Below, in pieces: positions 1 through 11,919 of a DNA stretch of 64,000 nt (position 1 is the stretch's first letter; every line of letters begins with the position of its first letter). The stretch covers positions 19,468,001 to 19,532,000 of the forward strand of contig JBHGNT010000004.1 of NCBI GenBank assembly GCA_043228905.1. Direction: 5' to 3'. A program made the position numbers and the translations under genes. Source of the DNA: Azolla caroliniana. Its lineage: Eukaryota > Plantae > Polypodiophyta. The notes beneath the pieces were generated by a model. It did no database searches. It worked only from the letters and a program-made list of their open reading frames with translations, and was not told the origin of the DNA.

Positions 1-6
1 AAGGTT

Positions 7-1210
7 TTGAAGTTGGATGTATGGAAATGGTTGCATCAAGATGAGGTTGGGTTTACATTTCAGTCTATGCAATACAAGGAAACATGGAGTAGGTTATATA
101 GAATGTATGTTGTGCATGATGAGTCCTTTTTGCCAAAGATGCTTAATATGTCAATTATGCAAGAGGTTGTGACATCAGATCATTTTCCCATATGTTTTGA
201 GTTTAATAAACATGGGGTAGATATGTACAAAACATTGCTTCAACGAGTCCCTTTGAGGTTCAATTCTTCTTTATTATTACATTCTTTATTTGATGCCTAT
301 ATGCAACAAATTTTTGGCATGTTTTCAGAACAAGTTATTTCAAAAGGATGGCATGCATGGGATACAACACTACAGAACATCAATACATCATATGTATGGT
401 ATGACTAATGCTAAAAGACATAAGAAATTGATTGATAAGTTTTCATATATTCTTACGCGGTGCAATGTACTATTGATGAATAATCCACATGATGAAGAGA
501 TTTTGGATGTTCAAGTTCAAGTACAGGACATTGTGAAGAATTTGTCTTGGCAAAGTTATTAACAGGCAAGCCTACGTCAATTAAAGGAGGGATTTATAGA
601 TAATCAATCACAAACTCATATGTTTTTTCAAGAATTAAGACCACCATATGCTCGTCCAAATGTGGTACGAATTAAGATAGGGGATGACATTGTTGTAGAC
701 CTAGTCAGGGTTTTTGAGTTATGTATTACTCATTTTAAGAATTTGATTGGGCTAGAGTTGATTATTAATGAGGATGTCTTGAAAGCACGACAAAGAGTTT
801 TATAATGTAATTGGGAGTGTCGTGAATACAAATATTTGTCAAGAATTGGATGTTGATTTTGAAGTAGTTGAGGTGGAAAAGGTATTGTTACACCTTCCAA
901 ATGGTAAAAGCCCTAGCATTGGCAGATGATTCTTTTATGTTTTTTACAAGCCTCAAAAGAAAATCTTAAAAGGAGTATGCAAGTTTGGGATCAATTTGTT
1001 TTGGCTTCCGGGTTGTATATAAATTGGAGGAAGTCTCGCCTTATTTCTTGTACGGAGAGTGATTTGGAATGTTTGGGATGGCAAGGGTCAGTGATTACAC
1101 GAGGTTCAATTTATCGACATTTGGGTTATCCATTGGGCATTGATGTTACAAATGTTCCATTGATTGATTGGATTGGTGGTAAATTGAGGGACAAGTTTAT
1201 GTATTGGAAG
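7..1210 (+). pseudogene. Degenerate L1-like LINE ORF2 fragment (endonuclease C-terminus, linker and partial RT)
   Basis: Translated motifs SRLYRMY...TSDHFPI (APE C-terminus), PLRFNSSLL, LPNGKSP, ADD, SGLYINWRKS and YRHLGYPLG, broken by stops and frameshifts. Confidence 0.75.
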
Positions 1211-2227
1211 TACTTATCAGACATTTGGCAAGTACTTATGAGACATTTGGCAAGTTTTAACCCGTTGTTGTTTGAGACCTCAACAATGGGTTTTTTCTCA
1301 ATAAATTCAAAATGGATCCAATGATGAGATGGAGATATTGTTCCAATTTTTACGTTATAGGGCCTACAACACAATTGGAATATGCGTAATGCTTTCATGT
1401 TTGATAATAGACATGGGGTGAAAGCCTACATAACAAAATAGGTAAACCATGGGTGAGGGTAGAACATACAAAAAAGGGACATCAAGGTTGGGAAAAAAAT
1501 CAACTAAAAGGAAAAGTTAAGGTTTTAGGGTTTAGGTTAGCTCTAATAAAAATGTGGGAGAAAGGTATGAGTGAAAATAAGAAGTAGGGGAAAGTAGTGG
1601 AGTGTTAGGGTTGAAAATAGAAGAAAATAGGGTAGGCGTAGGGTTGAGAATAGGTGAAAGTATGGGAGGGGTAGGTCTAAAAGTATGAAAATTCTAACAA
1701 GAGTGAGTGCATATGCGGATGACAAACATAGCACCGTGATTGGGGATATAGTTTAGGGTTATAGATACAAAATGAAGAAAGCGCCAGTTATCGAATGTAG
1801 TCCCAGCCATATACAATAAAAGAGAGATAAGAATGGAAAATGCATCACTACGTAATATAGTCCCATGCTTACAACATAATGATGTGCAAAAGGTAAGGTA
1901 GGGTGTTGAGAGCTTGTTATGTGAGAGGATAAGAGAGACAAGCCGATGACACCATTGCAATGCCACGTAACGTTTTGTGGGCTCGATGGTTGACGATGCT
2001 ATCCCCAATACGTGGGCCTCCGTAGAAAGTCTCCATAGAGGCATCCATCTTAAATTGAAAACAATCTTTGTTGAGACGAACATTTGATAGGAACCTTTGT
2101 CAGGCATGGTAGGTCGTAGTTTTTTGCTGAAATTAAATTCTTATGCTTCTCGGTTTTTGCAACCAACTTTCTATCTCAAATCCATCGGGATTCGAAGTAT
2201 CTTTACATGTTGATATAGACTCACTTT

Positions 2228-2303
2228 TGGTGTGGTTGCTAGGATTCGAGCCCAAGTCTCCACGGCCACAACGTGGAATTCTAACCACTAAACTACAACC
2301 ACC
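2228..2303 (-). tRNA. trnH-GUG: tRNA-His(GUG)-like copy with two G-U pairs in the T-stem; possibly a pseudogene
   Basis: Minus strand reads GGTGGTTGTAGTTTAGTGGTTAGAATTCCACGTTGTGGCCGTGGAGACTTGGGCTCGAATCCTAGCAACCACACCA and closely matches plant cytosolic tRNA-His. Confidence 0.7.
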
Positions 2304-3185
2304 GAGTTTGTGTTGCCAAATTGGAACTAAATCTTCACAACCGCACTATGGAGTTGTAACCACTAAGTACTGAATTCCCATGTTGCATGCATAAATTCAT
2401 AGCTACACTCTATATAATATATTAGGCAAGTTTCCATAAAGGCATCCATAAATATGAAACTCTAATCATTAAGACTTGACTTCCTATGTGGCGTGAATAA
2501 ATTGATATACACAATCTATATCACATATGAGGCAAGTCTCCATAAAGCCATGGACAAATTCAAGTGCACATTCTATAGGAAATAGGAGCCAAGATTGCAC
2601 TCGTGACAATATTGTGCAATGTGGAAAATGAAAACCAATGGTATGCCAGCTTCATACCCTGCCGAATTCAAAATATAACAGTTTTCACACATGACTCTAC
2701 ACTAAATTTTGGGGTCCTGAATGGGATTCATGCACAGTCTCGACTGCGATGACCTCGAATTGGGATTCATGCACAAATGTCAACTGCAATGACTTGGAAT
2801 TTTAACCACGGAGTTCATTTTTTTGCTGAAATTAATTTTTATGGTTATTTGCATTTGCAAACACTAATCGACGTACACATTTGACACGTAATATGCGTCA
2901 AGGCCGTCCGATAACAATGTATAATGTCAAGCTCATTGTTGGTCGACCTTAGGTCTCCATGACCATAACGTGGACTTCTAACAACTAAAGTACAACCACA
3001 AAATGCTCTTAAATTGAAAACAATCTTGGTCGGGACGAACAATTGATAGGAACCTTTGTTGGGGATGGGTGGTCGTAGTTTTTGCTCAAATTAAATTGTT
3101 ATTGTCCTCAGTATTTGCAACGGACTTCCTATCTCAAATCCATCAGGATTCGAAGCATCTTTAGAAGTTGATATAGAATCAATTT

Positions 3186-3244
3186 TGGTATGGTTCCTGG
3201 GATTCGAGCCTAGGTCCTCACGGCCACAATATGGAATTCGAACC
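3186..3244 (-). pseudogene. 5'-truncated, mutated tRNA-His copy
   Basis: The 3' two-thirds match the other copies; the D-arm and 5' acceptor strand are deleted. Confidence 0.75.
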
Positions 3245-4022
3245 GCAATATGACTTTCCATGTTGCGTGCATAAATTCATAGTTACACTCTATATAACAT
3301 GTTAGGAAAGTCTCCATAAAGGCATCCATAAATATGGAATTCTAATCACTAAAACTACAGTTCCTATGTCGCGTGAATAAATTCATGTACACAATCTATA
3401 TGACATATGAGGAAAGTCTCGATAAAGCTATGGAAAAATTCATGTGCACTTCTATATAAAATAGGAGCCAAGATTGCACTCCTGATAATATTGAGCCATG
3501 TGGAAAATGAAAACCAATTATATGCCAACTTCATGCAGTACCAAATTCTAAATTTCGGGGTCCTACCAAATGTACACTAAATTTCGGGGTCCTGAACAAG
3601 ATTCATGCGCAAGTGTCGACTCTAACGACCTTGAATTTTAACCACTAAGTCGATTTTTTTGCTCAAATTAATTATTATGGTTATTTGCATTTGCAAACAC
3701 TAATCGATATACATATACGATACGTAATATGCATGAAGGCGCTCCGATAACAATGTATAATGTCAAGCTCATTGTTTGTAGAGCTTAGGTCTCCATGACC
3801 ATAACGTGGACTTCTAAACACTAAAGTACAACCACAAAATGCTCTTAAATTGAAAACAATCTTGGTTGGGACGAACATTTGATAGGAACCATTGTTGGGG
3901 ATGGTTGGTCGTAGTTCTTTGCTCAAATTAAAGTGTTATGCTCCTCGGTATTTGTAACCAACTTCCTATCTCAAATCCATCGGGATTCGAAGCACCTTTA
4001 TAGGTTGATATAAACTTAGTTT

Positions 4023-4098
4023 TGGTGTGGTTGCTGGGATTCGAGCCCAGGTCTCCACGGCCACAACGTGGAATTCTAACCACTAAACTACAACCACC
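4023..4098 (-). tRNA. trnH-GUG: tRNA-His(GUG) with an intact cloverleaf and encoded G-1 and CCA
   Basis: Acceptor GTGGTTG/CAACCAC, anticodon arm CCACG-TTGTGGC-CGTGG, T-arm CTGGG-CTCGAAT-CCCAG, discriminator A followed by CCA; no oligo-T terminator immediately downstream. Confidence 0.85.
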
Positions 4099-4295
4099 GA
4101 GTTTGTGTTGCCAAATTGGAACTAACTCTTTACACCCGCAACATGGAGTTGTTACCACTATGTACCGACTTTCAATATTTCATGCATAAATTCATAGATA
4201 TACTCTATATAACATATTCGGTGTTGACTATACGGTCATGACAAGGAGTGCGAAATGGTCGATCATCGGTGGGGAGAGGCCTAGATGCGAGAGAG

Positions 4296-4393
4296 GTTTC
4301 GGGTTTAGGGGTTTCGGGTTTAGGAATTAGGGTTTAGGGATTTAAGGATTAAAGAGTAGGATTTAGGGGTTTAGGGTTTTAGGGATTAGGGTT
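4296..4393 (+). repeat. Degenerate interstitial plant-telomere-like (TTTAGGG) tract
   Basis: ggtttcgggtttaggggtttcgggtttagg...tagggtttaggg...ggtttagggttttagggattagggtt. Confidence 0.7.
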
Positions 4394-4576
4394 GTTGACC
4401 ATATGGTCATGACATGGAGTGCGGAATGGTAGATCGTCAATGGGTAGAGGAAAGAGAAAACAGGGTTCACGATTAAGCATAAGAGGGGATGAAGTGTAAA
4501 TAACCACCAAGAACAATTTGAGCGCACCCAAATCGTTTACCGTATGAAACCGACCCGAGTTGAGCTTGAGGGGGCA

Positions 4577-4958
4577 TGTTGAGAATCAAGCTCAACTTGG
4601 TTTAGTGTGTGAACTCACCTTGAGAGTGAAGAGACACTCCAACGGTCAAGAGTCACCATTATGTCACCACTGTGTATTCTAGCATTTAGTATGAGTCATA
4701 GAATCATATTCTATGACACATAACTTATGAGTTTTCACATTCCCCATGCTCCATGAGGCTTGTAGTTAATGAAGAGAGAGGGTGACTACATAAAGCACCC
4801 CCCTCCCACCTTGTATAATGTTGAGTCTTTCTCCTTTGTCAATATACTTTTACCTTGCGTATTCTCTGTGTTTTCACTCTCTCTCTCTCTCCCTCTTACA
4901 CACACACACAACTCACATCTCTTCCGCTTCAGAAGAATCCATCTCTTGATTCTTTGCA
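4577..4958 (+). repeat. Copia A 5' LTR
   Basis: TGTTGAG...TTTGCA, near-identical to 31752-32133. Confidence 0.95.
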
Positions 4959-4970
4959 TGGTATCAGAGC
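4959..4970 (+). promoter_or_regulatory. Primer binding site, tRNA-iMet
   Basis: TGGTATCAGAGC immediately after the LTR. Confidence 0.95.
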
Positions 4971-5108
4971 GATTTGGTAGCTCGATCTAGCCTATTCGCC
5001 TCATCGTGATCGTGTGTTGTGCTCTACGCCGACAACCAAGAACCGGCTCATAGCTATCGTAGCTTCGCTACATAGCTCGCATTCGAAGAGAGAAGAAGAA
5101 TCGACATA

Positions 5109-6049
5109 ATGAATACTCAAATGGGGAGCGCTCTCCCTACCGAGAAGTTGGATCGAAACAACTTCGCATCTTGGGAGTACAAGATGCACCAATACCTTGT
5201 CGGACAAGGCTATTGGAGCTACATCAAAGGAGCGCATGAAGACCGACCCGTCGAAGCGGCTCCCGGATACGCGACATGGGAGCAAGCCGCAAGCCGTGTG
5301 ATGTATTGTTTGGCGACATGTGTTCGCGACCACATGCTCGGTTACATTCGAGAAGCGAAGACGCCGAAGGAAGCGTGGGAAAATCTACGAAAGATTTTCA
5401 CCGACAACACAACCGCGAGGAAGGTTCAACTCCGCCAAGAGTTGAACAACATTCAACAAAGGGACATGTCCATCACGACATACACCTTGAAGATCAAGGA
5501 GCTTTGCGACTCGCTCGGCTCAATAAGCGTAAGTATAGATGATGATGAGATGGTGCAAATATGCCTCGGCGGCTTCGCACCACGGTTCGGCGCGATGCGA
5601 ACCGCCGTTCTAGCACGAGAGAAATCTCCCTCCTTCTTCGAGCTCCAATCAATGTTATTGGTTGAAGAAAACCACGTGTGTACAAGGAGCAATGAGTCGG
5701 AAGGCCACATGCTTTACACACACTCTAATGGAGGAAGAGGATGCGGACGAGCGAGAGGCCGATTCGGCCAAGGACAAGGCGGACGAGGTCTGACCTACAA
5801 CAACAACTCCCAATTTCGGCCGCAAAACGGAGGCCAACGAGGAACCTTCGCAAGAAGGGGGAGCTTCCACTCCAGCCCGAGCCATCAAAACGCAACCGAA
5901 TGCGGATATTGCGTAAAGCTCGGCCACCACGAAGAAGAGTGCCGAAGAAGATGCGTGAATCGGCTTCCACAAGCCGACAACTCACGAATTACGCACACAA
6001 CTCCGACTATGAAGATCGTGGCAGAATGTATGCACACAACTCCGACCGT
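5109..6049 (+). pseudogene. Copia A gag (UBN2-type gag with zinc knuckle), frameshifted near 5950 and interrupted by element B
   Basis: KLDRNNFASWEYKM, AKTPKEAWENL and CGYCVKLGHHEEEC; the tail of ORF 5109..6251 runs into the B LTR. Confidence 0.9.
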
Positions 6050-6836
6050 TGTCGTGAAGAAAACCGTCCATAAGCGGAATCGGCGCACCGAGGCGTGGGA
6101 ACCGGTTCCTCACGCGCGCACGCTCCAAGTTGTACATAGAAGCGAATTAGGAGGACAATCGGCAGGAACGGGCCCTAACACGAGCGGAGACAAAGACCGC
6201 GCGAACAGTCTTTTCGGTCGCGCGCGCGAACTGTACGAGTCGGCGGCGTAACTACGCGGATGCGTGAAGAATGGAGCGGATCCCTGTCCAAAAGGGACAG
6301 GGAATAAAGCTGACAGGATGGCCTGCTCGTCGGCCTATATAAGAAGCAGGAAAGAGCTGTTGCAGGCATCTCACGCTGAGAGGACGAAGTGCTGTCGGAC
6401 TGTTTCTGGACGCTTCTCTCTCTGTTTCCTTCCTTCTTGAGCTCCATAGCTTTCTGTGCAGGGTTCCGGGGAGGCTCGCGCTGTTTCGAGGAAAGCCCGA
6501 GTGCTTCCGGCAGCACCTCCGACCTGCTGCCCTTTGTGCGTCGAAGCGAACAGGCATCGGCATCTGTTCGCCGGCCTGTACAGCTGTAACCAACTTGTGC
6601 CCCATCGAGGGTTGTAGTCGTGCTAGCCATTTTTGTTAATATACATATTTAGTCATTCGCATCTGTCTGTGTCGGTGTCTGTTCGCGTTCTCCGTGCTGA
6701 AGGGCCATGTCCCTGTGTATCCCCGGTCCTGCGTAGCCGGTTCTCTCTCTTTCCCCTCCCTCGCTTGCTCTTTGGTTCGAGACCCCCGCGGTCCCGCCTT
6801 GTTTCCACACGCACTTGCGAAACATCTCGACATCTT

Positions 6837-6854
6837 TGGTGAACCCGACGTGAA
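6837..6854 (+). promoter_or_regulatory. Primer binding site complementary to the tRNA-Trp 3' end
   Basis: TGGTGAACCCGACGTGAA is the reverse complement of TTCACGTCGGGTTCACCA (plant tRNA-Trp 3' end plus CCA). Confidence 0.85.
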
Positions 6855-6877
6855 AGAGGCGGCAGAAGAGCAGAAGA

Positions 6878-8701
6878 TGAGGGGGTCGGATCTTGCAGAG
6901 GCCATGGCTTCGGCCGTGGAACGGATTGTAAACGCGCGCGAGGGCACCGGTGCCCTCGACAGAGCTATTGAGGCGGTCGTCGGCACGATCGGCCGGTTCG
7001 ATGGGAAGGATGCCACGAAGTATTTGGCGTCCTACGGTGCAGAGATGCTGATGCGGGACATTCCGGAAGAAAGGGCGTCTTGCCGGATTTCCCCAAGTGG
7101 CGATGCGGAGCATCCATGCGGAGGTGCTCGAGGTGCGGGCGGAGAGCCGTACCTGGGAGGAGCTCGAAGGCCGGCTCCTAGAGAAATACGGGCTGGACGA
7201 CGCGCTCCGGCTTTCGAAGCGAAGGTTCATGGAATGGGTGGAGTCCCCGGGGAAGGGAAGAAACGCGTCGGCACTCCTCCGGGAGTTCGAGGAAAACTTT
7301 GCGCGCCTTTCGGCGCTCGACCGAACCATCCTGGACACGAGCCGGGTCTTGCTGTTTGTCAAGTCGGTCGACGAGCGGGATCGGGAGCAAGTGGGCCTCT
7401 TGCTGGAAACCGAAGACGGGCTCACTACCGACTGGGCGGCTGTCAAGAAAGTCTGTGGCCGTTTCGACAAATGGCGAGAATGGGCGGATAACGGGGCAAC
7501 CGGGTCGGGCTCGGTCGCAGCAAGGAAGCTCGAACCAGCGCCACAGGTGCGAAAGGAAGAGACCCGAGAGTGGTTGGAAACCGGTTCGGCTTCGACCGGC
7601 GTAGTCAGAGGCTCAACCGGAGGAGCGGCGCTGGAGGAATTGACGAGGGCGATAAAGGACCTCCAAATCGCGCAAGCCCGAAGGGAAGGTGGCGAACCGG
7701 CTCGTGACCGACAGCCGGCGGCAGGAAACAGGTGCATGTGGTGCGATGAAGTCGGCCACATTCGGAAGGACTGCGGCGACTTCGTGGAGGCGCTGAGGAA
7801 CGGGGTGGTGTACCTGTGGGAAGGGCGGGTGCATGCCAGCGACACCCGAAGGGCCCTGAGCCGAAACGACGGGCGAGGTGGCATGAAAAGGGTGATGGAA
7901 GTGGCGGCGGCCCGACACGCGGAAACCGTCCACTACTCGGCGTCGGCCGGCATTCGAGTCGGGGGCGGCGAGGCCCGAAGGGAAAGCAAAGCCGGATTCT
8001 GGCCGACGATGCTGGAAGGCCTTGTCGGTGCAAGGCTTAAAAGGGAGGAATCGGACCGTGCGGAGAAACGGGTACGGGAGATGACCGGGTGGAGCGACCC
8101 GGTCGAGGAAAAGACGGGCTTCGTGGAAGCCGCTTGCCAGAACTACGAGGCTCTGGTAGAAGAGAAGCGGGTGGGGAAACCCGGGACGACCGGGCCCTCA
8201 CAACGATACGAGACCCGGTCCGGGCCACGACGGGACGAAGCCGGTACGCAAGATAAACCCCAGAAGGGCGGGTACCGTCTAGGGACGGAGATAGAAAGGA
8301 CCACGGACTTACGAAAGGTCCTGGAAGAACGGATCCTCGACAGCAAGGTGGAGCTGTCGTTACGAGAGGTGCTGGGAATCGCCAAGAAGGAGTTCCACGA
8401 CTCCATCGTGGACTTGGTGAAACGGAAGAGGCTGTCAATGGAGACAGAACCGGAAAGACCGGTGGAAGTGCGGACGACGCACCTAGACGACATGGCGCTG
8501 GGAGACGAGTGGGCGGAAAGCCACTATTCGAGACCGCACTGGGCCCGAGCGACCACGGAAACCCCGGTGAAGATCGGCGATGTCCAGGAACCGGTGACAG
8601 CTTTGGTGGACCACGGATCGGAGATCAATTTGATGTCCATGGACTTCTATAAGAAGGGCAAATGGCCGATCAACACCAAGCACGGGTGGCCCACATGGTG
8701 A
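6878..8701 (+). pseudogene. Element B gag and N-terminal protease (frameshift near 7075)
   Basis: IGRFDGKDATKYL in one frame, continuing in ORF 7097..8701 with knuckle CMWCDEVGHIRKDC and protease site ALVDHGSEINLMS. Confidence 0.85.
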
Positions 8702-11160
8702 ATGCAATGAACAAAGTGCTGAGGGACTGCATCTCGGACATCACCATGCCGTTTCTAGACGACGTCCCGATCAAGGGATGCCCGGTAGAAGAGAAGGACG
8801 AGACGATCGGGCCGGACGGATGCCAGCGATTCGTGATGACGCACATCGACGACTGCGAGAAGGTGCTGCAAAGGCTAGAGGATGCGAGGCTCACCTTCTC
8901 GGGGGAGAAGTCAGCCTTCGGACAATCGGAAATCATGGTGGTCGGACATTTATGTGGACCATATGGCCGGAAACCGTCTCCGGCAAAGGTAGAAGCCATC
9001 TCCGAGATGAAGCCTGATTGCAGCTCGGTCACGGAAGTACGAAGATTCTTGGGAGCATGCGCCTTCTACCACATATGGATCCCGCATTACGCGCACGTCG
9101 CGGAGCCGCTGTACGGATTATTGAAGAAAGGGCGAAGGTTCGAATGGCTAGACAAGCACACGGAGTCGGTCCGGAAGCTGAAGGAGGCTCTTTCGGCAGC
9201 ACCGGCGCTCCGAAAGGCCGTCTACAGGAAGGGCACCCCAGTGTACATAACGGTTGACACGAGTCCGACCGGAATCGGGTGGGTCGTCAACCAAGAAGAC
9301 GAGGACGGCAATCGGTCTCCGATCCGATTCGGCGCGAAGGTCCTCAGTGAGCGGCAGCGAGGATACGCCCAGGTTAAACGCGAACTCTGGGGTATCGTTT
9401 CGGCGGTGAAGGCCGACAAGGACTATCTGATCGGGACAGAGGTAATCATAGAGACGGATTGCATGCCGATTCTCGGCATGGTTTCCGGATGCGCGACGCC
9501 GGACCTGGCAATGCTCAGATGGATAGCGTACATCAAGTCCCTGGACCCGGAAATACGACACATTTCCGGGAAAGACAACGCCATGGCCGACATGCTTTCA
9601 AGGGCGAGATACGATGACGAAGGCGGCATGGTTTCGGAGGACGAAGAGGTCGGCGTGGACTTCTTCGAGACTGCGTATGTAACAACCGACGGAACAAGCA
9701 CCCCGGCGCTTAACGACTTCGACGCGAGCAAGTACGACGGGGAGTGGCTGCATATCGGTGGGTTTTTGAAGACAATGACGCCCGATGCGTCATGGACGAA
9801 GGACGAGGCCAACCGGATCCGGAAGAAAGCGTACCGGTTCCTTCTCCGGGATGGCTATCTATGGAAGCACCCGAAGAAGAGGGACGGCGCTCCGCTCCGG
9901 GTGGTGGCGATGAAGGAAGATCAGGAGGAGCTGCTAGCGGCCTACCACGACAGCCCTTGGGCTGGACACCGTGGAACATGGGCTACGTTTGCGAAACTGA
10001 AGGGGAAGTATTGGTGGCCGGGGCAGTACCAGGACGTGCATCGGTTCGTGACAACTTGCGAGAGCTGTCAGATGCACTCCATAGTCCGACATCGAGACGA
10101 GCTTCACCCTACGTACCCTCCGACCATCCACTTCAAATGGATGGTAGATCTGGTGACGATGCCAATGGGGGTAGGACAGATGCGGTACCTGGTCCTAGCG
10201 CGGGAGGATCTGACGAACCAGGTGGAAGGCCGGGCCCTTCCGAACAAAACGACCGCGGCCGTATGTCGGTTCCTAATCGAGGACGTGATATGCCGGTACG
10301 GGTGCGTCGGGAAGATTGTGGCTGACCGAGGGGAGTTGGACGCCGAAGAAGCCGCGGAGCTGTTCGACCGGCTGGGAGTCAAGCTCTCGCTCACCACTGC
10401 GTACAATCCGGAGGCGAATGGAAAGGTGGAGCGCGGACACGGACCGATCGTCAAGGCGTTGGTTCGGGCATGCGGAGGCCGAGTCGGTAACTGGCCGCGA
10501 CTGCTACCTTATGCTTTGTGGGCAGACCGGACCACGCACAGTTCGGTAACCGGGTACATGCCGACGGAGCTCATGTTCGGCCAGAAGCCGATCATGCCGA
10601 TGGAACGGACGATCTCCTCGTGGGCAACGGTCGACTGGAGGGACGAGATGAACCGGGAGGAGTTGTTGGCCGCGCGTATACGACAACTCGAGCGGAGACC
10701 GGAGGACGTGAAGCTGGCTGCGGAGAAGCTCCGGGTGGCGAGGACAAAGAACAAAGCCAGGTTCGACCGAACGCACCGGCTCCGACCGAAGAAAATCGAA
10801 GAAGGTGACTGGGTGCTCGTCTACGACAGCAGCCTCGACAACCAGCACCGGGCTACACGGAAGTTCGCACGAAGGTGGTTCGGGCCTTACGTGGTACGGA
10901 GCGCCAATGACAACGGGACATATCACCTGGCGGAACTCGACGGCACGAGAATGGCGGTACCGGTTGCAGGGAAGCGGATCAAAGCGTTCAAGAAGCGACA
11001 CGACGACGAGCCAGATCCGGCTCTCCTAGTCAGCAACGACGAACGATCCGAAAACGAGGAAGAACCGACGGGCGAGGCTTTTCCGTCCCAACTCTCTTGG
11101 CGCATACCGGAGGATGCGCGGTTAGGTGGGGGCGGATGTCGTGAAGAAAACCGTCCATAA
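8689..11160 (+). pseudogene. Element B pol remainder: RT C-terminal half, RNase H and integrase
   Basis: PFLDDVPIKG, TVDTSPTGIG, ETDCMP, HHCC zinc finger (YHDSPWAGH...CESC), IVADRG...NGKVER and WFGPY; the RT N-terminal half is absent. Confidence 0.9.
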
Positions 11161-11919
11161 GCGGAATCGGCGCACCAAGGCGTGGGAACCGGTTCCTCAC
11201 GCGCGCACGCTCCAAGTTGTACATAGAAGCGAATTAGGAGGACAATCAGCAGGAACGGGCCCTAACACGAGCGGAGACAAAGACCGCGCGAACAGTCTTT
11301 TCGGTCGCGCGCGCGAACTGTACGAGTCGGCGGCGTAACTACGCGGATGCGTGAAGAACGGAGCGGATCCCTGTCCAAAAGGGACAGGGAATAAAGCTGA
11401 CAGGATGGCCTGCTCGTCGGCCTATATAAGAAGCAGGAAAGAGCTGTTGCAGGCATCTCGCGCAGAGAGGACGAAGTGCTGTCGGACTGTTTCTGGACGC
11501 TTCTCTCTCTGTTTCCTTCCTTCTTGAGCTCCATAGCTTTCTGTGCAGGGTTCCGGGGAGGCTCGCGCTGTTTCGAGGAAAGCCTGAGTGCTTCCGGCAG
11601 CACCTCCGACCTGCTGCCCTTTGTGCGTCGAAGCGAACAGGCATCGGCATCTGTTCGCCGGCCTGTACGGCTGTAACCAACTTGTGCCCCATCGAGGGTT
11701 GTAGTCGTGCTAGCCATTTTTGTTAATATACATATTTAGTCATTCGCATCTGTCTGTGTCGTTGTCTGTTCGCGTTCTCCATGCTGAAGGGCCGTGTCCC
11801 TGTGTATCCCCGGTCCTGCGTAGCCGGTTCTCTCTCTTTCCCCTCCCTCGCTTGCTCTTTGGTTCGAGACCCCCGCGGTCCCGCCTTGTTTCCACACGCA
11901 CTTGCGAAACATCTCGACA

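Larger units (their letters stand above)
2025..4220 (-). repeat. tRNA-His-derived tandem satellite, block 1 (about 2.5 units of 840-960 bp)
   Basis: Recurring blocks with tRNA-His landmarks at 2228, 3186 and 4023; same family as 32134-32313 and 61726-64000. Confidence 0.9.
6050..11919 (+). mobile_element. Ty3/gypsy non-chromovirus LTR retrotransposon B (tRNA-Trp primed, possibly Phygy-like), internally deleted
   Basis: 783-bp LTRs at 6050-6832 and 11137-11919, 4-bp TSD CCGT (6046-6049 and 11920-11923), PBS at 6837-6854, PPT before 11137, order gag-PR-(RT)-RH-IN. Confidence 0.95.

Noticed and set aside
1430-1770. Purine-rich tract with TAGGG motifs as a true telomere or G-quadruplex array
   Set aside because: Too degenerate; only one or two exact TTTAGGG units
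2228-2303. Organellar or bacterial origin of tRNA-His because CCA and G-1 are encoded
   Set aside because: The body sequence and A73 discriminator are eukaryotic cytosolic type; bacterial and plastid tRNA-His have C73, and no organellar flanks are present
2143-4158. Repeated short ORFs in the tRNA-His satellite (also 62179-62541 and in 45413-49785)
   Set aside because: Chance translations of repeat units; frames are not conserved between copies
5950-6251. C-terminal extension of the 380-aa gag ORF
   Set aside because: Artefact of a frameshift plus read-through into the B LTR
6649-7884. 411-aa antisense ORF and other long overlapping ORFs in B, E, F and G
   Set aside because: Shadow frames of GC-rich coding sequence with no recognisable motifs
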